A stretch of DNA of 64,000 nucleotides. Source: an uncultured Candidatus Poseidoniales archaeon. GTDB taxonomy: Archaea > Thermoplasmatota > Poseidoniia > Poseidoniales > Thalassarchaeaceae. The stretch is taken from NCBI GenBank assembly GCA_964645485.1, contig CAZXZO010000002.1:62478-126477 (forward strand), read 5' to 3'. Made by a program: the position numbers and the translations under genes. The notes beneath the pieces are model-generated. The model made no database searches and was not told the DNA's origin. It worked only from the letters and a program-made list of their open reading frames with translations. Positions 8,127 to 17,097 of this stretch are shown here, piece by piece. The number at the start of each line of letters is the position of its first letter. Position 1 is the stretch's first letter.

Positions 8127-9941
8127 TTACCGGCCCCAAAAATGGTCATCACGGCGATGAATAGCAATTATTTCAGCAAGTATTTCTTCCTCAATACTTG
8201 AAATACTTAATTTGCGTAATTTCCTGATATGTGACTCTGGAACATCAACTAGTAGTACATCGCCTTCATCGACACCTCGGCCAATTGTAATTCCTTCAAT
8301 AGCCACAGCCAATTCATCGCCCTGTTTTGCTTCATTCAGAACATGGTCGCCATCCCGTATAGATTTCACCCGGCCTGCCCGTTCTCCCTCAATAGTCAAC
8401 AGCCGTTGTCCAACGTGAATTCTACCACCCAACACCCTGACTCCTACAACAGCAGGTCCGGAGCGTCGGAAGATATGGTCTTCCATAATTAAAATACGGC
8501 CGGGGTGGATGACATTTTCACGCCCTTCTTCCTCTAATCTCTTTTTTGTCGCGTCAAGCCATTCGTCATACTCTTCAAGAATATGGTAAATAATATCCGA
8601 GCCAACGTGTAAAACATCACAATCATCACTACTGAGATCAGCCTGTGCTTCTGCTAGTATACCTGAACTGAAAGTAAGAATTACTCTCTCATACGGGTCG
8701 TCAGATACCGCAGCACTTCTGACATCTTTACGATTGATTGGGCCAATTGTAGCAGAACGAATTTTAATGTCCCTTGGATTTCCAATAGAATCTTTCATTC
8801 CTCTGATTTCAAATGCAAGTGCTTCCAATCCACCCAATGTATCAGCTTTGATAGCAATTCCTTCTTCGTCTAAATCAATTGAAATTTCACACTCTTCCGC
8901 AATATTGTCAATTATTTCCTGGCGTGAGTCAGCATCAGGGATTACTCGCAGTGTCGTTCCTGCTAAAATAGACTCAATATCAGGTGCACTCAATTTCAAT
9001 CCAGCCGCTGCTGAAACGGAATTTACAGAATCCCATCGGTCGCCTGCATCTCTCATTTCAGACATCCCTCGAGGCGAAAACATGCCTTTGATTTTAGTTA
9101 CCAGAGGGCCTGTTGGAGTAGCGATTGCAATTTCGTCTCCCTTATTCATCGTGCCCCTGTGAAGAATGATGTCCAAGGTTTTTCCAAGCCCCCTCTCATC
9201 TTTCATTTCGAGAACTGTTGCTTCTGCACTCCCCTCAACATCTTCCAATTGATCAGCCAAGAATTTTTCAGCCAATCCAATAGTTACCGCTAGGAGGTCT
9301 TGAATCCCCTCACCTTCTTTGGCTGAGCAAGGTACGAGTGCAATATTCTTCGTAAAATCCGAAATTTGGTCATAGCGTTCAAGATTGAATTCTTGTTCGC
9401 CGAATTGGCCAACTAATTGCCAGTATTTTTGGTCAAAAAGAGCAAGCACATCATCAGTCTGATTTCTCAATGAAAGTGCCATTGCTCTGCCATTTTTGGA
9501 TTGCCATCCATGGATTCTATCGACTTTATTGCAAGCAACAACGAATGGAGTTTTTGCTTTCCTCAAGATACGCATTGACTCTAAGGTCTGAGGTTTACAA
9601 CCATCAACAAGGTCAATTACCAAAATTGCGATGTCGGCTAGAGACCCACCCCTAGTACGGAGTGTGGAGAAAGAATGGTGTCCAGGCGTGTCAATAAACA
9701 AAAGCCCAGGTGAGTTGAAATTTTTTCCACCCATCAGGGGCGCACAAAGGTCGTTAAGAACCTCTGAGGGAACTTCAGTTGCCCCAATATGTTGAGTGAT
9801 TCCACCAGCTTCTCTTGCCATTACTGACGACTGTCTTTCAGAACCTAGAGAGCGAATGTGGTCAAGCAGGCTAGTTTTACCGTGGTCAACATGGCCGAGG
9901 ACTGCAACAATGGGTTGTCTCCTCTCTTTCATCCATGTCAC
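8127..9941 (-). CDS. infB: Translation initiation factor aIF5B (archaeal IF-2)
   Basis: VLGHVDHGKTSLLD and FIDTPGH GTPase motifs. 604 aa, in the conserved archaeal neighbourhood. Confidence 0.95.
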   Translation of the reverse strand: MTWMKERRQPIVAVLGHVDHGKTSLLDHIRSLGSERQSSVMAREAGGITQHIGATEVPSEVLNDLCAPLMGGKNFNSPGLLFIDTPGHHSFSTLRTRGGSLADIAILVIDLVDGCKPQTLESMRILRKAKTPFVVACNKVDRIHGWQSKNGRAMALSLRNQTDDVLALFDQKYWQLVGQFGEQEFNLERYDQISDFTKNIALVPCSAKEGEGIQDLLAVTIGLAEKFLADQLEDVEGSAEATVLEMKDERGLGKTLDIILHRGTMNKGDEIAIATPTGPLVTKIKGMFSPRGMSEMRDAGDRWDSVNSVSAAAGLKLSAPDIESILAGTTLRVIPDADSRQEIIDNIAEECEISIDLDEEGIAIKADTLGGLEALAFEIRGMKDSIGNPRDIKIRSATIGPINRKDVRSAAVSDDPYERVILTFSSGILAEAQADLSSDDCDVLHVGSDIIYHILEEYDEWLDATKKRLEEEGRENVIHPGRILIMEDHIFRRSGPAVVGVRVLGGRIHVGQRLLTIEGERAGRVKSIRDGDHVLNEAKQGDELAVAIEGITIGRGVDEGDVLLVDVPESHIRKLRKLSISSIEEEILAEIIAIHRRDDHFWGR

Positions 9942-9961
9942 CTGCCCCTGTAATCAAAAAT

Positions 9962-10420
9962 TCATTCTTCGTAAATCCAATCTTCTGCTGACCGGGTCCA
10001 ATCTACTAATCCCTCAGCGAACCAAAGTCCTAATTCAAATTCTGCAGTTTCTTCAGCGTCACTGCCATGGATTAAGTTGTGTCCTATATCCATCGCCCAA
10101 TCCCCACGAATTGTTCCCGGGGCAGCATCACGCCCATTTGTTGGACCGATGATATTTCGAGCCACCTTGATGGCTTCTACTCCACTCCAAGCCATGGCTA
10201 CAACAGGTCCGGATGTGATGAATTTTAGTAGTCCAGGGTAGAATGGTCTTTCTGAGTGGACGGCATAGTGACTCGCCGCTAATTCATGAGAGGGTGTCAA
10301 CTGCTTCAAACCCACCAAACGGAGCCCCTTTTCCTCAAAACGGGCAATAATCTTGCCAACCAATCCTCTCTGAACCCCATCGGGTTTTACCATCACAAAC
10401 GTTGTCTGCATATAACTCAC
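9962..10420 (-). CDS. ndk: Nucleoside diphosphate kinase
   Basis: [16 protein letters not shown]...NLIHGSD. Confidence 0.95.
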   Translation of the reverse strand: MSYMQTTFVMVKPDGVQRGLVGKIIARFEEKGLRLVGLKQLTPSHELAASHYAVHSERPFYPGLLKFITSGPVVAMAWSGVEAIKVARNIIGPTNGRDAAPGTIRGDWAMDIGHNLIHGSDAEETAEFELGLWFAEGLVDWTRSAEDWIYEE

Positions 10421-10478
10421 TGAAGCGGCCGTGACGCCTCCCCTGTTTAAGCAAAACGCTTGAGCGAACCAAAAATTT

Positions 10479-10670
10479 TCACTGGATGCCGCCTTTCACA
10501 TAGTGGCGGGTCCACTTTACTTTGCGAGAATTTCGCTTCAAATTCACCATGTTCTTGCGGGCTTTACTGCTCTTGAACCACAATACAGTACCGTCCTTAC
10601 GAACATACATCTGGCCAGTGCCGGGTTCGATTTCTTCACCACTAAAAGTGCAAACACGTCGCTCAGGCAT
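10479..10670 (-). CDS. rpl24e: 50S ribosomal protein L24e
   Basis: [41 protein letters not shown] moved the start to the ATG at 10670, which lies directly after the S28e stop. Confidence 0.9.
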   Translation of the reverse strand: MPERRVCTFSGEEIEPGTGQMYVRKDGTVLWFKSSKARKNMVNLKRNSRKVKWTRHYVKGGIQ

Positions 10671-10671
10671 C

Positions 10672-10887
10672 TTATCGACCTCCGAGTTTACGTGCTTCAC
10701 GGCCAGTATCACGGAGCATCAACACATCACCTATGCGAATTGGGCCCAACACATTGCGAGTAATTATTCGCCCAACATCTCTTGGATTTGGGGCATCATT
10801 GACACGAACCTTGACTTGGGTAGCCTCACCGGTCATACCGGTTCGACCTACAATTTCAACGACTTCTGCCGGCCAACCGTCTGCCAT
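10672..10887 (-). CDS. rps28e: 30S ribosomal protein S28e
   Basis: [24 protein letters not shown]...[25 protein letters not shown]. The ATG at 10887 is preceded by GAGGTGA. Confidence 0.9.
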   Translation of the reverse strand: MADGWPAEVVEIVGRTGMTGEATQVKVRVNDAPNPRDVGRIITRNVLGPIRIGDVLMLRDTGREARKLGGR

Positions 10888-10897
10888 CAAAGTCACC

Positions 10898-11278
10898 TCA
10901 GTTTCCTGCTAATTCCTTAGCAGATGCAACTACGCCCTTGAATTCGTCTGCTGCTCCATCCATCTCAATCACTGCGATTGCTGATGTTGGGCGCCCAACT
11001 GGAAGTCCAGCTGCCTCTCCAAGGTAACTTTGGTCCTTGACATAAATGTAAGGGATACCACGTTCTTTACAGATCATTGGGATTGGAACCATCATTTCTC
11101 CAGGGTTGACATTTTCAGCCATAATTACGAGCTTAGCATCGCCTCGCTCGCATACTTTGATGACCTCATTCATCCCCTTCTTGAAGTGGCTTCCGCTCTC
11201 CTTCTCAATCTTCTTCACAAACTCATAAACCATGTCCTGCACATCGGCAGGTGTTTCAAAATCAATATGTACGCTCAT
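10898..11278 (-). CDS. rpl7ae: 50S ribosomal protein L7Ae (kink-turn binding)
   Basis: [25 protein letters not shown]...GIPYIYV. The ATG at 11278 is preceded by GGAGG. Confidence 0.9.
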   Translation of the reverse strand: MSVHIDFETPADVQDMVYEFVKKIEKESGSHFKKGMNEVIKVCERGDAKLVIMAENVNPGEMMVPIPMICKERGIPYIYVKDQSYLGEAAGLPVGRPTSAIAVIEMDGAADEFKGVVASAKELAGN

Positions 11279-11368
11279 AGGATTCTCTCCTCCTGTAGGT
11301 GTTCCGCCGAGGGCGTGGTCTGTATAAACGCACCGCATGGTGTAGTGAGGGGTATTTCGGGAGACTGC

Positions 11369-12313
11369 TCAAAGATTCAACCGCTCACGCAACTGCTCAA
11401 CACCCCTTGCCAAAGCAGCAGCGGATGAGACAAGAGCGCGTGGATTGCTTGCAATAGAATCTGTTGCATGCACCCCACTCACATGGTCATCAAGTCTGGT
11501 AATGGCCCCGCCAGTAAACAAACCGTGTGTACATGCTGCATGAACTTCTTTTGCGCCTTGGGAAAGCAAAGCATCACTAGCTTTGCATATTGTTCCTCCT
11601 GTACTAATCATATCATCCACTATTGCAACAACTGAACCTTCGACATCCAAGTCTTTTGGCTTGTGTTGAATCGTGTGCGCATCTATTCTTATCTTCTCGA
11701 GATATGAGAATTTGCAACCTATTAGATTTGCAACATGAGTCGCTCTTTCGACTGCGCCTTTATCAGGACTTAGAATAAAGTCTGGATTAACATTGATTTT
11801 GAGGTGTTCAGCAATTTCGGGCATTGCAGATACAAATTCAACAGGAGTATCGATATCATCCAATACTGAAGGTGCATGTAAATCCAAAACGATTAATCCG
11901 TCGATATGTCGTGCTAATAGACGTACAATTAGAGAAGCAGAGATAACTTCTCCCTGCTGAAATCTCTTGTCTTGCCTACTATATCCAAAGTAAGGAACTG
12001 CAAGAAAGATTCCCGGGCCAACGTCCGTAAGATTTTCTGGCCCTTCACCCATCAGGTTTTGGAGATTTCCTGACCGAACGTCATGAATCGCTTCTAGCAT
12101 TAGTAATGCCTCAACTATTCCGTCATCAGGAAAAGTTGTAGCAACTACAACAACCGGTTCAGAGCGAACCGCATCAATACTTTTTGCAGGCACCCGAACA
12201 TATGCCTCTGAGTCTGGAAATCGCCTAGCAACTAATTCATGATGTTCCAAACCCAAACGTTTTGCTAATGCAGATGCAAGATCTCCATCAATACTTCCTG
12301 AAACTACTGGCAG
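11369..12313 (-). CDS. prs: Ribose-phosphate pyrophosphokinase (PRPP synthase); conserved N-terminus lies upstream of any canonical start
   Basis: AIVDDMISTGGTICKA PRPP loop and YFGYSRQDKRF. The conserved VVSGS N-terminal strand is encoded at 12299-12310, where only a CTG (12311-12313) is available as a start. The ORF-track TTG is at 12256. Confidence 0.8.
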   Translation of the reverse strand: MPVVSGSIDGDLASALAKRLGLEHHELVARRFPDSEAYVRVPAKSIDAVRSEPVVVVATTFPDDGIVEALLMLEAIHDVRSGNLQNLMGEGPENLTDVGPGIFLAVPYFGYSRQDKRFQQGEVISASLIVRLLARHIDGLIVLDLHAPSVLDDIDTPVEFVSAMPEIAEHLKINVNPDFILSPDKGAVERATHVANLIGCKFSYLEKIRIDAHTIQHKPKDLDVEGSVVAIVDDMISTGGTICKASDALLSQGAKEVHAACTHGLFTGGAITRLDDHVSGVHATDSIASNPRALVSSAAALARGVEQLRERLNL

Positions 12314-12490
12314 GCGCTCCCCTCAAACACTCCGACTAGTGGGACCTTCATGTCCTTTGTGTGTAAATTATGGGTAATAGAATTGAGTAAGTTTAGTTGG
12401 GTAATATCTAATGACACCCCTGGTTGTAATTTGAGTGGCTGTTTTTTCAAAAACAAAAGGGGAAAAATCACACCTCGAGAAATTGAAGAG

Positions 12491-12565
12491 TGGACGAGGC
12501 AGGATTTGAACCTGCGACCTCCCGGTTATCAGCCGGGTGCTCCAACCAACCTAAGCTACCCGTCC
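12491..12565 (-). tRNA. tRNA-Ile (anticodon GAU), no encoded CCA
   Basis: The reverse complement, GGACGGGTAGCTTAGG...CCCGGCTGATAACCGGG...GGTTCAAATCC...CTCGTCCA, folds as a cloverleaf. The anticodon loop is CTGATAA. Confidence 0.9.
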
Positions 12566-12592
12566 AAGGGTGAGCCGCGCCACCGAGGGGTT

Positions 12593-12600
12593 GAATTAAA
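12593..12600 (-). promoter_or_regulatory. Candidate TATA box for tRNA-Ile
   Basis: The minus strand reads TTTAATTC about 30 nt upstream of the tRNA 5' end. Confidence 0.35.
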
Positions 12601-12618
12601 CGGTTCCGATTCGGAATC

Positions 12619-13257
12619 TCATTCTTCTTCTTCGAAGTCTTCTTCGTTTATTTCGCCTGAATTCAACTTTAGATATGATGGGAGTCCCATCAATTTGTCA
12701 AACGTCCGTGAAAGAATGAGCTCATCCAACCGGGGGCTTGTGCGTGCTAGGAATTGAACTGGTATGTTGATTACACCGTTTTCTAATCTGTATCTTCTTC
12801 TTAGATTTCCTCTAGCCTTTACTTGTACGCCGCGATATGTGCGCTTAATTTTGACTAGCCCAATGACTACGCCGAGGTCTTCACCCTGGGTGTCAAGAAC
12901 TGCTCTGTCAAGTAGTTCATCGGGGGCGTATAATTTTTCATTGATACGAACTGTGTTTCGCCATCTGCGTTGCAATTCCCTCATTGACTTCGTAAGTTTG
13001 ATACTCCCATCCGACTGAATGCTGTGAAGGAGTTCTTTTGAAAGTGGAGCGAACTCAGCAGGCTTGCGCATAAATTCGTCCGCAACACCTGGCTCAACCT
13101 GTAATCTGAAAGATTGGACTCTTTCTTCATTGGGGTGATATCTCTCCCCCACTATTACTCCAACTCGCGTTTGTTTCACGTAAACTTCTCGTTGTAACAA
13201 TTCCTGTATTCTAAATGATTCATCTGTCATATTTTTTCCCTCTCTATTACCGTGCAT
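12619..13257 (-). CDS. Hypothetical protein with two PRC-barrel-like segments, ends EEEE
   Basis: ELLQREVYVKQTRVGVIVGE and ELLDRAVLDTQGEDLGVVIGLV resemble PRC-barrel starts. The true start may be the second Met (MTDESF). Confidence 0.55.
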   Translation of the reverse strand: MHGNREGKNMTDESFRIQELLQREVYVKQTRVGVIVGERYHPNEERVQSFRLQVEPGVADEFMRKPAEFAPLSKELLHSIQSDGSIKLTKSMRELQRRWRNTVRINEKLYAPDELLDRAVLDTQGEDLGVVIGLVKIKRTYRGVQVKARGNLRRRYRLENGVINIPVQFLARTSPRLDELILSRTFDKLMGLPSYLKLNSGEINEEDFEEEE

Positions 13258-13753
13258 CCCATGTCTCGGTCAATGTCCTACGCTCGGAGTCAGTATATTA
13301 ACTATCTGCCGAATAACTAATCAGATATTCAATTGAAAAAGACGGATAATCATGAATATACCAATTGGTTGTTATAAATTTGGACAATTGACCACATAAT
13401 CAAAATTCAATTGAATCTACTGGGGATATGCATTTAATTTACCAATATGAATAGCCTGTTTAGAATGATTATCCGAATAAGTTTTCCAATAGGAAAGACG
13501 GATAATACTAGCGACTTCCCATTTTGCAGGAATTATCTCTTTTGGTCCCGTAGTTTTCCAAAATTATTCGCTGTTTCCAATATAAAATCCTAAAAAAATT
13601 CTCAAAATGATTTTTCTTCACAATTGACAAGATTTTATTCGATAAGTTAATGATCGGATGGCACATTTTTTTTAATGAAACTACCAATTGAAAAATAGAT
13701 AATTCAATTGGATAATTTGGGCATATAATTCATAATTTCCACAATAATATATC
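13258..13753. promoter_or_regulatory. Exceptionally long AT-rich divergent intergenic region with dense short repeats
   Basis: Seven CAATTG palindromes, two exact GACGGATAAT copies plus one inverted CGGATAAT, and three GTTT(T)CCAA direct repeats. TATA-like strings lie near both flanking genes. Confidence 0.55.
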
Positions 13754-15316
13754 TTGCTCTACTCACAGCATAAATTGATGAGTGCACTCCTCTTCCCAAT
13801 TCACATGGAAGATTCGTTCTTGTCTTTGTTAGATGAAATTCGGAAGAGGTCAGGACCCCGCCAAACTGTTGGCTTGAAGGACTCGGTCATCACTGAATTT
13901 GCTGCATCAGATCAAAATCTTGTAGACGCCATTTCAGAAGCATCAAAAAATCACCAAGATTACTCGGCTGAATTTGGTCCAGATTTTTTAATGATGGATG
14001 AGTCGGAATTAATCAAAACCTTGCAATCAGATTTCATAAATTTTTATCCTTCTGCAACAGTGAATCCCTATGTTGCAATTGCTGCTCGTGGCCCTTGGAT
14101 AATCACTTCACATGGAGCTGTTGTCCACGACAACGGTGGATATGGGATGTTAGGTGGTGGTCATGGCCCGAATAATGTCATCAACGTCATGTCAAAAAAT
14201 TGGGTTATGGCAAATGTCATGACTGCTTCTTTTAGCCAGAAGAAGTTAACCGATGCATTACGCAGAGAAGTTGGTCATACTCGGGGCACTTGTCCCTTTT
14301 CAAAATTCATCTGTGTAAATAGTGGATCTGAATCAGTGACACTCGGTATGCGAATTGCTGATGTAAATTCCAATAATATGACTGGTCCAGGTGGACGTCA
14401 TGAAGGTAAACCGATTAAGATAATCGCATTGAAACAAGGATTCCACGGTAGAACACAACGACCGGCTTCAATATCGGATTCTTGTAAAAAAGGATACATA
14501 GATAATCTTGCTACTTTCAGAAAGCGGGATAATGTTATCATCGTAGAACCAAACAATGTTGAAGAATTACAATCAGCATTTTCAAGAGCTGAGGAAGAGA
14601 ACTTTTTCATTGAATTATTAGCCTTAGAACCAGTGCAGGGTGAGGGCTCTCCTGGACAAGCAGTAACTCGTGAGTTTTACGATGAAGCAAGAAGGTTAAC
14701 TTCCGAACATGGAAGCATGTTGTTAGTTGATTCCATACAGGCTGGATTCCGCGGCAAAGGCTGTCTTTCAATTGTCGATTATCCCGGATTTCAATCTGCT
14801 GAAGCCCCAGACTTAGAGACATGGTCAAAAGCACTCAATGCTGGGCAATTCCCTCTTTCTGTTGTAGGATTATCAGAGCGTGCTGCGCAATTGTACGTTG
14901 TTGGAATTTATGGAAATACCATGACAACAAATCCCCGTGCACTCGAAACAGCAATAGAAGTACTCGACAAGATTACTCCAGAAGTACGGCAAAACATTGT
15001 TGAAAAGGGAGATGAATTTCTCACAAAACTTGCAGGATTACAGAAAGAATTCCCTAATGAAATCACCCTAGTTCAAGGTTCAGGTCTGCTTCTGTGCGTA
15101 GAATTAGATCCAGAGACTCTTCCTGTTATTGGCTTTGATTGTGTAGAGGAGTGGTGTAGATTAAACGGCCTTGGTGTAATTCATGGCGGAAAGAATGCAC
15201 TCAGATTCACCCCTCACTTTGGAATAACATCCAAAGAGATTGATTTGATAGTAGACTTGGTTAGATGTTGTCTGATTGAATTTACAATGGGTAAAGTGCA
15301 TCAAATTGCAAAATAA
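13754..15316 (+). CDS. Class-III (PLP-dependent) aminotransferase with N-terminal extension
   Basis: VNSGSESV, LKQGFHGRT, LLVDSIQAGFRGKG and TWSKAL (putative PLP Lys). An ATG alternative start is at 13778. Confidence 0.85.
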   Translation: MLYSQHKLMSALLFPIHMEDSFLSLLDEIRKRSGPRQTVGLKDSVITEFAASDQNLVDAISEASKNHQDYSAEFGPDFLMMDESELIKTLQSDFINFYPSATVNPYVAIAARGPWIITSHGAVVHDNGGYGMLGGGHGPNNVINVMSKNWVMANVMTASFSQKKLTDALRREVGHTRGTCPFSKFICVNSGSESVTLGMRIADVNSNNMTGPGGRHEGKPIKIIALKQGFHGRTQRPASISDSCKKGYIDNLATFRKRDNVIIVEPNNVEELQSAFSRAEEENFFIELLALEPVQGEGSPGQAVTREFYDEARRLTSEHGSMLLVDSIQAGFRGKGCLSIVDYPGFQSAEAPDLETWSKALNAGQFPLSVVGLSERAAQLYVVGIYGNTMTTNPRALETAIEVLDKITPEVRQNIVEKGDEFLTKLAGLQKEFPNEITLVQGSGLLLCVELDPETLPVIGFDCVEEWCRLNGLGVIHGGKNALRFTPHFGITSKEIDLIVDLVRCCLIEFTMGKVHQIAK

Positions 15317-15348
15317 AGTGTTAATCATCAGTTTAGTGTAATGGGAAA

Positions 15349-16044
15349 TTGTATGAATCAACAATCAACGAAGGTGAGGGTATGCCAAAAATGGTAAACC
15401 TTCAAGGAGATGAGAGCGTTTTCTTTTCGTCATTAAAAGAGCGGCTTGAGAGGATAGAAATCGATACTGATTCAGCTGATGGAGTCCACATCGTATGCTG
15501 GGATAATGGTCCAGCAGTCAAATGTGATTTAGTAATCCGCCCCTCAACAAGTAAACCGTACCCAAGCGAGTCTCACTGTGAATTGGTATTGCACGATTTG
15601 TATATCCCTGGTGGGTCTGGAAAGTGGGGTCCTAAGGAAATAGAAGAGCAAATTTCGTGGTTGAACAATCCTATTGAAAAGAGGCCCGAAGGAGAGCCAA
15701 GGCACTGGATTCACGTTCGTGATGTAGTGGATATGCTTTCAGTTTTTTTTACTAATCTACCAAGTGGTGTGGTTGATGTGAGTGGCAGACGTTGTTGGAG
15801 CCATGAAGCGATGTCAAGTGAATTGGAGATGCTCTTCAAGAGGGTCAAAGCAGCGGAATCAAAAACTTTCCAATTAGATAACTTAAAAATTTTTGAGCCA
15901 AAAACCGAGCCAATGGTCTCACCACCTAGGCCTAACCTTGGCCCACTTCATGAGGCGTGTCAAAAGGCTGGATTGACGGGATGGCACCCTTCAATTCCGT
16001 TTAGAATTGGATTGATGGAATGCATTGCTCATCAATTACTTTAG
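15349..16044 (+). CDS. Hypothetical protein resembling the C-terminal half of NAD-dependent epimerases but lacking a Rossmann GxxGxxG
   Basis: RHWIHVRDVVDML and LGPLHEA...GWHPSIPFRIGLME resemble epimerase/dehydratase C-terminal motifs. Confidence 0.55.
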   Translation: MYESTINEGEGMPKMVNLQGDESVFFSSLKERLERIEIDTDSADGVHIVCWDNGPAVKCDLVIRPSTSKPYPSESHCELVLHDLYIPGGSGKWGPKEIEEQISWLNNPIEKRPEGEPRHWIHVRDVVDMLSVFFTNLPSGVVDVSGRRCWSHEAMSSELEMLFKRVKAAESKTFQLDNLKIFEPKTEPMVSPPRPNLGPLHEACQKAGLTGWHPSIPFRIGLMECIAHQLL

Positions 16045-16059
16045 TGCAATTTTGTATTT

Positions 16060-17073
16060 TCATTGTTCTGCGAAGAGACTTGCACCTAACAGAGGTAAGA
16101 GTAAGGAAGCATCCCCCTCCACAACAATTTGAGGCGCTTCCGCACGAATTTTCCCCCAACTAATTGCTTCTTTGAGTCTTGCACCCGATAATGAACCATC
16201 ATGTTCTGAGGCGGTAGTGATTTGCACTGCAGAATCCAGTCCTCCTCGATATTGATTCCACCAAATAACATGGTGTTTTGAGATTCCTCCTCCAACCATC
16301 AAGGCATGGGAGGAGTCTGTGGTCCAAATTAAGTCAGAGAGAATTTGTTGATCTTCTAACAAATCAAGATTGAAGTCCCTTGCTTTTTGTCGATGCATGA
16401 ACAATTGAGCTCCAATAGAACCATCATAAATACCTGGTATAATAATCGGAATTCGATGCTTGGCGGCCCAATGAAGTAAACTTGATTCATCATCAATCCG
16501 ATCCCCCAAAGCCCAGCATAATTCTACACTCCCGAATCCTTGCCACGGGTTTTCGGGATTTTCTGAGCGCCTCTCATCGTCAATTTCTTGTAATATTGGC
16601 ATTACGATTTTCTCAATGATATCTCCATAACTTGCATTTGGAACAATCACGTTTCCTAATCGATTCAAGCCCTGTTCACCTAGTTCGATATCATCTAACT
16701 CGAATGCTCCATGATAATAATCACTGAAACTTCTGGCAATGTCATGGTCAAGAGTTCCACAAGTTGTGACAACAACATTGAATCTTTTTCTTTTCAATGC
16801 TTCAACGAAGAATCCACGTGTTCCGGTAGCACAAAGGCAGGCAGGAAAAGAAAGCCAGTTCAATTGGCTATTCCCTTCTTCACTTGATGACTCATCAAAT
16901 TGCTGAAACATATCTGCTAGAATGTCGCGGGCTAGGGCTAATTTAGTTGCTGTAAAACCACCAGCAGTTGCCATTTGGTCCAACAGTTTGGAGGCATTTT
17001 CAGTGGTAGAGAAATCATAATCCACCACTGGCAAATCAAAGTCTTCTTGGTTTACCATGACATCACCCGACAA
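16060..17073 (-). CDS. dys: Deoxyhypusine synthase
   Basis: GGGISKHHVIWWN...ITTASEHDGSLSGARLKEAISWGKI. Confidence 0.93.
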   Translation of the reverse strand: MSGDVMVNQEDFDLPVVDYDFSTTENASKLLDQMATAGGFTATKLALARDILADMFQQFDESSSEEGNSQLNWLSFPACLCATGTRGFFVEALKRKRFNVVVTTCGTLDHDIARSFSDYYHGAFELDDIELGEQGLNRLGNVIVPNASYGDIIEKIVMPILQEIDDERRSENPENPWQGFGSVELCWALGDRIDDESSLLHWAAKHRIPIIIPGIYDGSIGAQLFMHRQKARDFNLDLLEDQQILSDLIWTTDSSHALMVGGGISKHHVIWWNQYRGGLDSAVQITTASEHDGSLSGARLKEAISWGKIRAEAPQIVVEGDASLLLPLLGASLFAEQ

Positions 17074-17097
17074 GCCGCCTCAAAATGAATACAGCGG

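Noticed and set aside
12350-12757. 135 aa plus-strand ORF
   Set aside because: It spans the antisense of tRNA-Ile and the 3' end of the PRC-barrel gene. It has no coding signature and is an ORF-finder artefact.
13258-13753. Replication origin (oriC) call
   Set aside because: The region is AT-rich with an ORB-like dyad, but no orc1/cdc6 gene is adjacent. The dyad has a 4-nt spacer and occurs once, and there is no clear strand switch of gene orientation. I keep it only as one hypothesis within the finding.
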